Positions 1 through 15,145 of a DNA stretch of 64,000 nucleotides are shown here, piece after piece; position 1 is the stretch's first letter, and every line of letters begins with the position of its first letter. The stretch spans positions 62,001 through 126,000 of the forward strand of contig NW_021835991.1 of assembly GCF_006345805.1 (NCBI RefSeq), in the 5' to 3' direction. The position numbers and the translations under genes are program-made. The notes beneath the pieces were generated by a model. It ran no database searches. It saw only the letters and a program-made list of their open reading frames with translations, and was not told the DNA's origin. The stretch is from Octopus sinensis (lineage: Eukaryota).

Positions 1-777
1 GAAACTAAGATTAAAATAACTAATTATTTCGGTTAAAATGTTATTTGATGTTTATTATTGATTGAATTTTAAAATAATAACAAACCCCTGTTTTTTATGC
101 ACTTCTTTAAATATGTGCAACGTTTTCCATGTGAATTACTATTTTGATACGAATTTAGTTGTTTTTCTTCATTTTAAGGACATTTATTTGTTAGAACCAA
201 TTAAATATCAATTTAAACTAACTTGCTTATTGGGAATAAAATTATAAAGTTTTTCAATCTATTTCAGATTTTTAGCGATCAAAATCAGAATTGCCGTAAC
301 TGAAATCAGGAAATGTATTTTATCTGTTTTATTAATTTCAATTAATATTTAAAATTTATGCTATATCGCGAAAAGTAAATTATAAATAATGTGAATTCCC
401 AATACTTCCCGAATAGGTTGATAATTGTTCGATTGCCAAAAATTTTTTTTAGATAACTCACATTATTTTCAAAGAGCATTCCATTCGACGTAATTAAAAA
501 TTCTTTGAAATATTTTTAGATTTTCTAAAATCAGTAATTTAAAAATTGACCTAATTAAAAAAATCACCTAAAAATCTAAAAAGCTTAATTCGTTTTGTCA
601 ACAAAGAGCGTAGAGTTGGTGATCTAATTTAAATGTACCCAAAGTCAAAAGAAACACTTAAAAATAATCAAATATGAAAATAATTTGATATTATTAATTA
701 AATATAATTTAATTAAACTTATATTAAATTAATCAATAAATATCTGACTTTGCTAATTATTATTAGTTTTAGTGGTC

Positions 778-3322
<2,545 letters not shown>

Positions 3323-3566
3323 TTATAGTGAGATCAGTGTTACTAGTCGGGTATAGGATGTTATGTATGTCTAGATTGAAATGATATTACAAAAGTATTG
3401 TGTGACAGATTGGACTGTATATGTCAATAAAATGTGTAAAAATGATGAGTGGTTTATAAAGATTTTTTAATTAAAATTGATTTATATTAGATTAGAATAT
3501 GTTCAATTATTAAAAATAAAATAAAAAAGATATTTAAATAATTAGGACAACCTGATCTGGAATAAA

Positions 3567-4078
3567 ATGTTATTATTAATTTCTGTGTTGTTTTCAAATA
3601 TTTTTACTGATCGGATATCGTTCAAAAGTTGTGGGGGAACTGGAAATATAACATATATTAATATCTCAGATTGTGATAAGAATTCATGCCATGTTTACAA
3701 AAATCAAAATTTAACCGCTCAAGCTGAGATAAGCATTGGTTTATAAAAATATTTTTTATTTCTAGCGGAAGCTCATGATAAGATTAGTTTAGATATTTAC
3801 ACCGAAACTCATTGTTTAATAAAAAAACTGCGAAATATATGTTCGCTTATTAAATCCGGGTGTCCAGTTTCAAAAAATCAAAAAATACTTATAAAAAAGT
3901 CAGAAAAAATACCATTTTATCTTCCATTTGTATTTCACTCAATTTATTTAGTTAGGTATTTGCAAGCACATTAACTTGGAGACTCTACGAAGGGACAAAA
4001 CTAATTTCTTGTGCTAAATTTAATGTGACTGGCAATTTACCGCAAGAAGATCGGGTTAATATCAAAATCATTAGTTAA
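3567..4078 (+). CDS. NPC2/ML-domain lipid-binding secreted protein
   Basis: Two introns of about 26-27 nt. Product MLLLISVLFS...FKSCGGTGNITYINISDCDKNSCHVYK...SGCPVSKNQ...LTWRLYEGTKLISCAKF...* has a hydrophobic N-terminus and ML-domain cysteine spacing. Confidence 0.7.
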
Positions 4079-4148
4079 TGGTTAATTAATACAAATATTC
4101 CTAATATATTAATAAGATTTTTTTTCCTCAATATCAAAATTAATTATT

Positions 4149-4445
4149 GTGACCGGTTCATAATTAGATACGGTTGAATACGAGCCGTTAAAAAATCGAT
4201 AATTAATATACCGATTCAGAAGGCCAATTAATATTCATCATAAAAATGACATAAAAATGACACTAAAGAAAACAGTTTTTATTCGAAAAAATTAAAAAAT
4301 TTATATCGTGAAGTTATTCTAGCTTTGCTAAGTCTCTGCTATTTTCTTGCTAACCCTAACCCTAACCCTATTAACGCCACTTTAACGTCATTAACGGATC
4401 GTTTAACGGCTCGTATTCAACCTGGGCTCGTATTCAACCGGTCAC
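4149..4445. mobile_element. MITE with internal (TAACCC)3 telomere-like tract
   Basis: Terminal inverted repeats GTGACCGGTT...AACCGGTCAC and subterminal inverted GGTTGAATACGAGCCGTTAAA / TTTAACGGCTCGTATTCAACC. Flanking 7-bp direct repeat AATTATT. TAACCCTAACCCTAACCCTA at about 4351-4370. Confidence 0.7.
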
Positions 4446-5581
4446 AATTATTATTACGGTTGCGTTGGTCTCCTCTGTTTGTTCGTTGTTGAAACTGTTT
4501 AATGAGGAGGCGTCTTTTTTGATTGATAGATGGAGGTATCGAGCTTTCTGGTTTGGAACTACAAAATCTTCATATGGAATTGGCCAATATTCTTGAAAGA
4601 TTTGATTTGATATATTTTTATAGTATTGACATTTCTTTGTTTTAAGAAATAGTAAAAAATCTGTTTTGTTACGACAAAAATTGTTACTTATATGTCAATG
4701 TTTGTACATGCGCTATTTTTGCTATTTTTCGTGAATATATTGTTAAAAAGTTTCTTTAAAGCACAGTAAAATGAATCCAAATTAAAAAATATTCAAAAAA
4801 TAATAAAGAATTATAAATCGTCGACAAGCTGGCGTTTAATGCGCATATTCGAAGTCGTAGTTTTATAATGTGGAAAATATATCCGAGATCCGTTAAATAA
4901 AATATTTTTGGATTCTTGTTTTTGTTTATTTGAGTATTTTAATTGTCAATAAAATAAGATTCATGTGAATATGATACTTATTACTAAAAATATGACGAAA
5001 ATAATCCAGGCAGACACGACCTATCTCTTCTGCAAACTATCGGGGAATACATTTAATGGTTCGAACTGCCAAAACACTCAAAAATAAATTATTTTGTGAC
5101 ACTTTTGATACAAATTTATCTGAAAAAGTTTTTATATTTAATTATAATGTGATTACCACATTCCTCCGAATTGATATATTACTTTATTTCAGGTTCGGAG
5201 TACCATTTTTCAGGAATACATCCAAAATTCACCTTATTGCCAGACGTGACTTTTCGCGAAAAAGTATGTTGGTTTTGCAGCGTTTTGTGGAAAAGTTTAC
5301 GATGTTTGATAAGTTGAATGATAACATCTGCCATCTAAAATTGAATGAAATAGGAAATTAGAAAATCATCTAACTTCCCATTAACTTAAGCCTACCACTT
5401 TATTATTCTATAGAAATTCGGGAAATTTATTGATTTATAATAAAAATCCGGGATTCCCCTCTGCCATAATTGTTTCCCCATAATTCCAAATACAACACAC
5501 AAGAGCAATAAAGACCATTGAAATTTCTATCCAACAACAATCCACGCTGAAATTTATTTTTATTTATATCATTGAGTTTTG

Positions 5582-5947
5582 TTATTGTTTTAAATAGAAT
5601 AAAAAACCATCTTTTTGCTCCTGAATATTATTTTTTAAATCATTTAATGATATGTTATGGAGCGCGGTGTAATATGCAAACACTGCCTCTTTTGCAGTAA
5701 GTAAATAGTTTTTACTCTTAAGAAATGATTCAATGCAAGTATATTGAGGTGCTGTTAAAATGCATATTTTATGCTTTTTTGATGATACGTGAGTCTTTAT
5801 ATCAGAGCGACGTCCATGATAAATTGAGAAACGCAAATAGCACAGCATGCATTCAGCGGTATGATCGTTTTCACATTTTTTAAGAAATGAATATTCCTTT
5901 TTAATGGCTTGGTTAAAAATATATTTTCTCTTTGACAGGAAAGGCAT
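5582..5947 (-). pseudogene. hAT-type transposase N-terminal zinc-finger remnant
   Basis: AECMLCYLRFSIYHGRRSDIKTHVSSKKH resembles the C-x2-C...FSI.HGG.SDI..H motif of hAT transposases. A paralogous copy at 19650-19796 plus 25378-25420 is split by an insertion. Confidence 0.6.
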
Positions 5948-6559
5948 AGTTTCAAAAAATTTAATATTATTTTATAGTTGATCACAATCCCACATTATTA
6001 AATAATAATAAATAAAGGCCCCGGTATCCGAGACTGTCCAGGTTATCGGGGCCGGATGGTAAGCCTACATTTACTGGATTGAAGAAAGAAATTCAAAACT
6101 ATATACCTGAAAAGTATGAAGTCAGTCTTGAGCTTTTTGTCAATCCTTTTTTCATAAAAGTTTATGATTTAGTTGCAAATATAAAAAATAATTTGTTAAT
6201 ATAAAAAATTCTTTCGATGCAAATTCTTATTTAAATCTCCACAATTAATTAATTTTTGGTGTAGGATAAAATCCAAATATCAATATTGAATTTAATTAGA
6301 ATAATTTGGAAAATCAAAAATCAGGATTATTTGCTTTTGTTCCAACTAAATATCTCTGTGAACAGTGATATGCATTGTTCAATTTAAAATTAGTTCATCC
6401 TGCGAGACTGAATGTTGTGCAGTATATTTAGGTGTTTCTTTCTTGAAAAGATTCAAAAATTGAAAGATTAGTCGTTTTTTGTTTACGCACCAACAGATAA
6501 AAGATAAACATGAAAGAACTGTTCGCTAGTTTTAATTAGTCGCGAGCGGATGAACAGGC

Positions 6560-6900
6560 AATTCCGACGTAATATCGTGAACGATATCTGTTAGAAAATT
6601 TAAGTTCTTGACTCCTCTTAGAGATGACTGAACAAATCTCTGAGAGTAGTTAGAGCGCTTTAAGTCCAATTATCACACTGGTCTTGAAAGTCAGGGAGAT
6701 GAAGCAGCAGGTATCGGTCAACAAGGCATATTTTGCAGTTTTCCTAGATTCGACAGGGGTAGATACAGATCCAGGACGGGAAGCGAAGTCGACCAGCGAT
6801 GATGAGAAAAATGAGTCTACGCAGGTAACATCTTACACGAGGGCCAGTCCCTCCCTGAACGGGAATAAAGTCAACTCATCAGGACACTTTCCGTTATTAT
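6560..6900 (-). pseudogene. Degenerate CRE-type REL endonuclease remnant (second copy 25790-26160)
   Basis: Minus-strand translation KCPDELTLFPFREGLALV*DVTCVDS...SRKTAKY...FISLTFKTSVIIG matches the KRPDG...VWD.TCVD...KY...P..FETSG pattern. Confidence 0.65.
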
Positions 6901-7639
6901 TAATACAATTCTTGTGAATTTAAAGTTAAGACTACTTTTTTGCCAGGCGACTTAGTATTTTACTTTCAACACTTGACCGAATTCTTTTTTTAGTAAATTT
7001 AATATGTGCATATAATTTATAACGGCTCCGGTTCCTAGGAGATCGAGTCTTAGATGTCTACACTCACAAGCGTCGCCTGCGAACCGAGATGGTTTTTTTG
7101 CAGATATCCTTTGCGATAGTACGGTTTAACTCTTCCTCGATCGCTTCAGCCTCTCGCCATGCGAACTAGACACGCATGCTATTATTTTAGAAGTGATTTA
7201 TTATATAATCAAATTAATTCAAAATGAAGGGCTATTTGATTAGTTTAACTTAGTTGTTGGCAAATTACACCTAACTTCACTCAGAGGGACTCGCTTTAAA
7301 CTTATTTAAATTGCTGAATTAACATATAAAAGGTATTGGTTAATAATTTTAATTTGATCATTTAATCTAAATTTGTCTTGCATATTGCTGATAATGCAAA
7401 ACAACTTTATGTTTTTTTTTATTTGAAAGATTTACAGTTTAGTTGGATCTTATATGCAGGTAACATCTTAATTCGTCATTATGCAAAAATCAGTCACCTT
7501 CCTACCCCAAAGGATCTCCGTTTCATAAGAAAATCTAATTATAATTCCAATGCCAATTCTACACACTTTGTTAACATCCCAGAATCACTTACCAAGCAGC
7601 TTGTTGTTAACTCGGGGAATTCTAACGCAGAGGTCCGGA

Positions 7640-8006
7640 TGGTCTTGACATCCACCATCTAAAAAATCTGGGTCCAAATGGCTTTCCGGCTCTGACTAAT
7701 TTGATCGTTACTCGATCAATCATGGTTTGGTTTCTATGCTTTGTTAAAAATCTACCATCATCTCTATTCCAAAACCAAATCGAGGTACTTCTGACCTTTC
7801 TTCTTTTCGACCTATCTCTTTGATTTCAGTGGTTGCAAAAATAACAGAACGGGTAGTATTGAGCATCATAAAACCTTTCCTCCCATTTCTTGAATCTCAA
7901 CACGGCTTTCGTTCTTTGCATTCTACTTCCACCCATTTCTCAAGACTGACACAATTCATTGCGAATGGGTTCAACAATCATAATCCTCCTCAAAGAACAG
8001 TTATTA
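7640..8006 (+). pseudogene. LINE reverse-transcriptase remnant, truncated by a TGTCGCG element
   Basis: RPISLISVVAKITER and SQHGFRS motifs; same family as 28820-29800. Confidence 0.75.
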
Positions 8007-9035
8007 TGTCGCGTCCCACACGAGCTACCCATCCCATGGTGGTTACATGTCACCTGTCAATAGTAATAATGCCTGTCATGGTGACTGTCAAATAAAATAA
8101 TTAATTTAATTGCATTTTTTTTTGATTTCTAATCAATAATCGTTTCAACAATAAAAATTTATTAAAATAAAGCGTCTACGTTTTTTTAACTGGATTCATA
8201 TTAACTATTTTAGACTTCCCTGAACTTGTTTTAATCTGTTAAATAAAATAATAATAAAATAGACCTCTAGTCGATTGTTTGACAAAATTTGAACAACTTC
8301 AGCAGGTTCTCCATATGGGGATTCAAATCGGTTTAGCCTTAGGAAAGGATTTGTCCCAAAATCCTTTAGAACTCTAACCTAACAATTATTCACTAAAAAT
8401 ACTCCGCTCCCAATTGAAAAATCGTATTTCGATTGATGAACATTCATTTTTTTATTCATACGTTTAAAATATGGTGAATTTAAATAAGGTGGAGAAAAAT
8501 TCAATATAAAATCACTAGCATCCAAGTTGTCTAGCTTATGTTTATCATCCTAAAAAAACTTTTATCATCCTGAATGACGGTGTTTATACCAGAAACTCCT
8601 CTTAGTTTTTTAAATGGTGTTTCATTTATAGAAGAATGAATAGTCGTGTTATATGTAAAAGTGCTTCGTTTAATAAATTGGATCCAGTTTTTAGTTGATT
8701 CTCCACTCATCAGCTTTGAAAGATTTCGTGTTAAAGTTTGATTAAATCTTTCCACGATACCCTGAAACAGATAAATATTGTGTCATTACTTGTGATTGAG
8801 GATGATTTGGTCTTCCGTAAATATGTTGGATTTTGTTTTTCGTGCAAAAAGAATCGAGATATTTATTCCTAAACTCAGTTCCATTATCTGTTTGTAGAAT
8901 CTCGCAAAAGCCGATTTCTGAACAAATTTCTTTGAAAGCCTCACAAATATCTAAATTCCAATATAAAACATGAATATACTTATTGCATTTTTAACTCCTT
9001 TACAAATGGCATACTTACTGTAAACATCAATGAGC
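8007..9035 (-). mobile_element. Ginger-like DNA transposon: one terminus plus intron-containing DDE integrase core
   Basis: Terminus TGTCGCG at 8007, preceded by TATTA. Minus strand reads IDVYSKYA.../ICEAF...ILQTDNGTEF...YGRPNHPQSQ/GIVERFNQTL...YNTTIHSS, with GT-AG introns of 29 nt and 28 nt (8762-8789). Confidence 0.75.
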
Positions 9036-9049
9036 TTTTTGTACAATTA

Positions 9050-9450
9050 CCCAACTGGTTTTGAAATTAGCCCAGGGACAAAGCAATAAGTGTCCACCAA
9101 AGAAGTAGATTTTGCGATTTTCGTTCCAGTCGGTAAATACTTTTGGCAAAAAGCCAATTTTTCACATTCTTGGAAATTCAGACAAATTGAGGAGCCATGC
9201 TCTTCTTAGTAGCATCGACATGAGAGATCCAAGTGGATTCAGAGCCGTCGACATGACTGATGATAACTACCAATGAGTGGAGGTTTGTTGGCATCTTTCT
9301 AACTCCATCAATAGGAGTAATCACGAAATTTTCCGTGATTTCGTACACCCCGACAGAAAAATTTCCTGCTTCCTCGAGACTCGTACTGTTATTTTCTGCA
9401 GGGGCGCCCATATGATTAAACCTTCCATAAAAAGCAAAATTTACAACTAA
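9050..9450 (-). pseudogene. Divergent member of an unidentified multicopy protein family (PTNLHSL family)
   Basis: PIDGVRKMPTNLHSLVVII...SESTWISHVDATK and downstream NLLLWWTLIAL align with the ORFs at 45271/61890 and 45903/62534. In-frame stop present. Confidence 0.55.
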
Positions 9451-11839
9451 AATTTAATAATATTTAAGAATTCATTAAAAAATAAAATTGATTAGTCTCA
9501 TTAATGAGAAATATGATTCTTAATTTCTTCAAAAACTAAGTTATATTTATTATCTTATTAATAATTTCTTTCTTATTTCAAAATTCGTGAAATAGTTCTT
9601 CGGAGATTTAATAAAACATGAATTGATATGTTCACGTTAGTAAACGTTAGTAAATGGTTCACGTTAGTAAATGGTTTTCCCTTTTAATTTAATAAAATTA
9701 ATAATTTTGATTCAGATTTTTTGATTTTTACGGGATTTGTTTGATTTAAATCAGATTTTTATGAATAAATGTTTTTTATAAAAAAACAAAATAAATAAAA
9801 AAATAGAAATCGTATTTATTTAAAAGGTTTGTTAATGATGATAGTTAAAAATAATTAGTTGTGTCTAAAGCGACAGAAATTGGTGTTATCAGCCGCAAAT
9901 ATTTTTTAACACGATGGCAAATATTTTAGGCTCCACAAATTCTCAAAATTGTAGACAAATTATCCAGATAAACAGAAAAAGGAGTATTAGTGGAATATAT
10001 GCCTCTAGCGAGTTGCATATCTATAAAAGTTTTTTTCGATAGCGTCATCGTAGTAACAAAATTGATTAATCATTAATTCCTCATTCTCAGAAGTAATTCG
10101 CAGATTAAACCACTTTAAACTTTCGACGGATTTTCAGTGATATCAAAATTAGTTCGGAATAACAAATAATGCTGACTCAGATACGAGACCCTTTTCACAA
10201 TTACATCTGGCTTGACTGCCAGTCTTTCCAGGAATATTATGTTTATCGAAAGTTAACATTTAAAAAGATATGGACAAATCAATCGATCTTTTTTACAAAG
10301 ATTTCTTATTTAATTTTAGAACTATTCGAAAATTTCAACATAGTGACTGGTAAGAGGCTTTATGAGTCACGTGACATGAAGTGATAAACAAGATCGGGGT
10401 TTGAGCTAGTGACTATTTACAATTTTCCTCGATTTTAGAGCTAATTCGATATAAATTATGCCTACTCGATGAAAGGAGATGTCAAAAGTAAGTTTATCCT
10501 TCCAGTCACTTCTAATGGTTATGGTTTTAGATTATATATGAAAGAACAAGTGCCCAATTTGTAGAAAAATGAAAAAAAGTCGATCACTTCATTTATTCCC
10601 GAAATGAAAGAGTCAATAAAATATGTCAATTTAACTCACTTTCCACAATGGGCAATAAAAATAAACTTATTAGATAAGAAAAGTACATCTTCGATCACAT
10701 AAAAAACAAAATTATAAATGGAAAAATAAAACAAGCCGTCTGTGTATGAAAAAATTTAAATTTGCAATTTTTCTGATCTTTTGGTTAAATTCAGATTTCC
10801 CTGATTCTTGCCTGCCTAAATCTGTGTTCCTACCGGTTTGTGATGATCTTCTCGCTTTAATCTCAATATGTAAACAGATTTCGAAATGAAAGTCCTTAAA
10901 CACCAAAGATCATAGAAAAATGAAACGACCTGGATTTTTCAGCAAATATCGTTCGCCATATTACATGGAAATTGTCTTTCCATTCGCTCGGCGACTCATC
11001 TAATTTAGTTAACTTCTCTTTTTTTTGTTTCCTTTTTCTGTTGTTAAAAATATACAAATGGATCTTCATTGTATCCAGTTCTAATCTCAATGAAACAATA
11101 CACGTTGAGTCATTATGCACTGATCGTACAGTATTGAAAATATATTTTAATAAACTTTGTTGACGCAATATAAAAGAGTATCAATAACCATCGTCAGCAC
11201 GTAAAAAGCCGATTTTTATAAATCCTTAAATATTATGTCACCGATGACAAAAAATGAATTCATTCCATCTCCATGGACTCAGTGAATACTACGAAGCTCA
11301 GTACAAGCAAAAAAAACTTGGCAAAAAAATATACAATGTAACATAAATATAATAAATTTGATAGAAATGTGTAAAAATAGACAAAATACAGCAACTGATG
11401 TACTTTTTCAGTTCATTAATCCGATAGAGATGAATCGGCCAAATATATTAATGACTTTTGGACAAGAGGAGTTCTCAATAAGCGTTTTAAAGTGTATTTC
11501 TTATTGGCATTATATTCAGAATATTTACTATTTCCAACAACAATAAACTAAAAATTCACCTATTTATTAATAAAATATTTTAAATAATTTATAAACCATT
11601 GCGGCTTTCCTTTAATTGCTTGGAATTTTTAAGACCAGGCGATTAAGAGAATTTGGCGAGTGAGAAATAATAAATATTGCATCTTCCATTAAAAAAATTT
11701 TACGATTTTTAAAAATTCATTTAAGTGATTATGAATAAATATTTGAAACATTTATTTAAAAAACCAAAAAGTTAGCTAAAATAATCAATTGGAATTTTTT
11801 GCGTGATCATTTTTCCATATTTTGTTTACATTTTTATTA

Positions 11840-12600
11840 TGTCGCGAGCCGTTAGTGAATCTGAGCTCAGACTGAAACCATGACAGCTGTCATAAATGCC
11901 AATCCTTATCAAAACTATAATAATCAAATATTTTTCAAAGGAAACATTAACTAATTATTTTTATGTATCTTTTTAAGGCGTTTAGAATGCACTTTTCTCA
12001 CTAATCATTACTATTTTTAACATTGATAAAATTGATGGAAAATTTTTCAACAATAGTGGCAGAATCTCTATATGGATGCTCAAACTTTTGCAGAGATAGT
12101 GAGTGATTAGTTCCATAGTCCTTCTGAATAAGAATTTTTATGTAATAATAATTAGATACATTATCTTCGATCTTAAATTCATGTTTCGATCGATACACGC
12201 CCATCTCTTTATTCATCCTTTTATAATAAGCAGAATTCAGGCCTACCCGAGGTAAATCAAATTTGTAATCACCTTTGGTAAAATTATAAAGATTACACCT
12301 ACGGAAAAATAAAAGCACAAATTTACCTGTGGATGAGTGAGGCGTTTGATTGTATAAAAACACAGCCTTTCGAATGTGCTTTATCCACTTTTCTTGTCAT
12401 CCAAAGCCATCATTTTTAATAAAATCCGCGAAATGGTCGATTGAATCTTTTAACAATCACCTGACTCCGAGGATTGTTGCGTCATGAAATTTTCAGCTTT
12501 CTTTTTTAGTCGGAATTCTTCAACTTTCGATATATCAACTTTTTGACCTTCAAGAACAGATTTTAGTAGATTGTACTCTGCATCATCTTTAAAGAACACC
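11840..12600 (-). mobile_element. Second Ginger-like terminus with degenerate integrase C-terminal remnant
   Basis: TGTCGCGAG at 11840, preceded by TATTA; WIKHIRKAVFLYNQTPHSSTG integrase motif. Segment 12150-12405 recurs at 38685-38935. Confidence 0.6.
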
Positions 12601-13399
12601 CTCGTTTAGGCCATTGAAGAAAGAAGAAAAATATTTATTTAAAAAAAAGCTGTTAGTAGAGGGTAGATAAAGACTTTCGACATTCCTGTCTTTTCAATCC
12701 CGCACACACGCTCACCTCTCAGCCGCAAACTAAGACTTACTGCCTTACGTGCCACCCAGACATTATCTTCTCTAGGTTCTCAAAGAGGTCTTTGAGGGAC
12801 AATTCCTGGGCGTCCAAGCTTGTGACATATTAACTTTCAAACATATTCATATAAAAATTATCGTTATGTGAAAAATATTTGTTGAGATCAAAAACACGTT
12901 TTTTTACATCTAAATGTCTAATAAATTTCTTTCACAATCTTCAGTCCTTGGGAGCAACGGCTTCGCGCTTGGTCTGCTGCCACCGACGTCGCGGAATCGA
13001 TCCGATCCGATGAGGGAGTAGTTGGAGGTGCTATAGGAGCAACCTGGAAGGGCGCTGTTGTTTCTGCAAGCTGCTGGTCTCATAATCTAATGTGAGATCA
13101 GGGTTACACAACAAAAAAAAATCTTCAGTAATTGTTCTGTCTAAATTGTCATTTAAAAGAAATTCATAAGGTTTATCAATTTCTGGATACGTATAGTGTA
13201 AAAACTTCTCTTTTTATGAGATCTGATATCCTTAATTTATCTTTAGTTTGTTCCAATTCATTTATGGTCTTCCTTTGTAGGTTCCTTTATGCTTTTTTCC
13301 TATTTGCTGTGCTGAAAACATTTTGATATTGTATCCACTGACACTTTTTTTTAGATACGCAGGCTATCCGTGTGGCCGGAGTTTAACACTTGAACTCTT

Positions 13400-13800
13400 T
13401 AATAGTGTTTAATTGTTAAAAAATATAACTAAATAAAAATAAATTTTTAAGCTCAGATTTTTTCTTTGATCTTATCCGGAGTAATTCCCATTTCACCATG
13501 AAAAATTCTTAATTTTAAATTACGCCTTTTTTGTGATTTTCAAGCCATCTTTCATTTGATTTAAATTCAGAAAGACCGTTTAAGGCAGTAAATTCAGTTT
13601 CTTTCGATAAAATTATTTCATCATTGAAACAAACAGCAATAGACTACATGTAATCTATCCAGATAATGATTTCAAAATTATTTTATGAATATAAAAGCAT
13701 CGAAAAACGACTTCTCGTATGAATTTGATTAATTCCAAAAATCTTCTGTTTGTTTAATTTAAGATTGTTAATTGCAAACCTCAAAATTGATTTTTTAAAA
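13400..13800 (-). pseudogene. pogo/Tigger CENP-B-HTH remnant (second copy about 39320-39680)
   Basis: Minus strand FTALNGLSEFKSNERWLENHKK resembles the FKASNGWL..FK motif; contains stops. Confidence 0.45.
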
Positions 13801-14161
13801 CGCGACTAAAAAATTTCTAAAACACGCCTTAAACCTAGAGAAGCGTTATCAACAAGATAATTAACAATTTCAACTTTTTAAACAAAAGATAATCTAGAAC
13901 ACTTCTTCATGTTACAAAAAAAGATATGCAATATGAATATTTGAAATCATTTTTAAACATGGCGAGTAAGAAAATTTGCGAAGAAAAAGAATTTTTTACG
14001 TAAAAATGCCATTTTTTACCAAAAAAGGAGAATTATAGAAACGGCGAGCAATCGATGATAAATTTAATTCAAATTTCATTATGAGACACGGTCACTACAG
14101 TCCTGAATTTAGTAGTAAAAAAAGAAAGAAAATTAAATCTCAAAAGCATGTTCATATCAAA

Positions 14162-14798
14162 TCATCTATTACCTCCAGGATACTGAGGATTATTTGGAGT
14201 AGAATTAACAGTAAAATTATACTAAAAATTGTCCCAAATCACTTCCACCTGAGAAGGATTCATTGCCATTCTTTTTGATGGAGTCGATTCGTTAGTTGAG
14301 GAGTAACCTGCCTGGTTGGGCATTCCATGAGGCTGGCCAATCAGGTTGTGGATTGCGTATGGATTGCTTGCAAGGGATTGTTCTGATGTCATCACCACAG
14401 GCATCAAAATTGAGTTGGCAGGACCCCGGATTGGTGCAGTTGAAGCTATTTAAATATTTAAAATAAATATTTATAATATAATTTAAAATATAATACAATT
14501 ATTTGAAAATGTTGCCTGAGCTTGTAGTTGATAGTATTGGTTGAGGTAATGCCGACGCTCACGTGTGTGGCCTGTCACTGCCTTTGATGCCCCAAGTTTA
14601 GCCCGCCAAGACTAAAGGCGGGAAATAAATGAGAATTTATGCCTGATCGAGTTCAACAAGGATCTGTTCGTCAAGACCTTCGTTGATGAAGAGATCTTTG
14701 ACATTTGTGAGGACATTGCTGATTACTGATTGGTAGAAGTGAAGCTATTTAATAGAAAGAAAAAAAAAGCAACATACAACTGGATTAGAGCCTGACAT
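14162..14798 (-). CDS. GTF2A1: TFIIA large subunit, alpha (N-terminal) part only, copy 1
   Basis: Spliced MSGSNPV/LHFYQSVISNVLTNVKDLFINEGLDEQILVELDQ/SWRAKLGASKAV matches the TFIIA-alpha helix pair, followed by a Q/P/N-rich region. Needs a GC-AG intron at 14612-14642. No beta domain found, so the 3' end is uncertain. Confidence 0.75.
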
Positions 14799-15145
14799 CG
14801 CAATTCACTGCTTATATAACAACGATCGAAATTAATAAAATCTATTTAATAGGTTAACCAGACTATAAACTAAATATATATTAATAAATTACACAATTGT
14901 TAATATAAATAAACAAATGAAAAAACTCAAATAAGATAAATTTATAAATAAATGTAAAATACGATAAAAAATATATGCATACAGATTTACTATATATGCT
15001 TAAAGACTAAAGAAAATAAATAAAAATATAATCTTTATTTAAAAGTAATATATTAATTAAATATAATATTAATTAGAATAAATAATAAAATTTATATCTT
15101 CCCTGCGTTGTGGTTCATTTCCTTTGAGATTAAATCTTTTCGAAA

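Larger units (their letters stand above)
5036..8006. repeat. Composite TE-remnant block duplicated at 18290-29172 (second copy interrupted by younger insertions)
   Basis: 5036-5262 matches 18290-18513; 5540-5650 matches 18740-18846; 5755-8006 matches 19650-19796 + 25378-26455 + 28372-29172 with internal deletions. Confidence 0.85.

Noticed and set aside
4351-4370. True telomere or chromosome end
   Set aside because: Only three units, internal to a TIR element, with genic DNA on both sides.
10000-11550. Host gene in short ORFs at 10.2-11.5 kb
   Set aside because: No recognisable motif, and I could not build a consistent spliced model.
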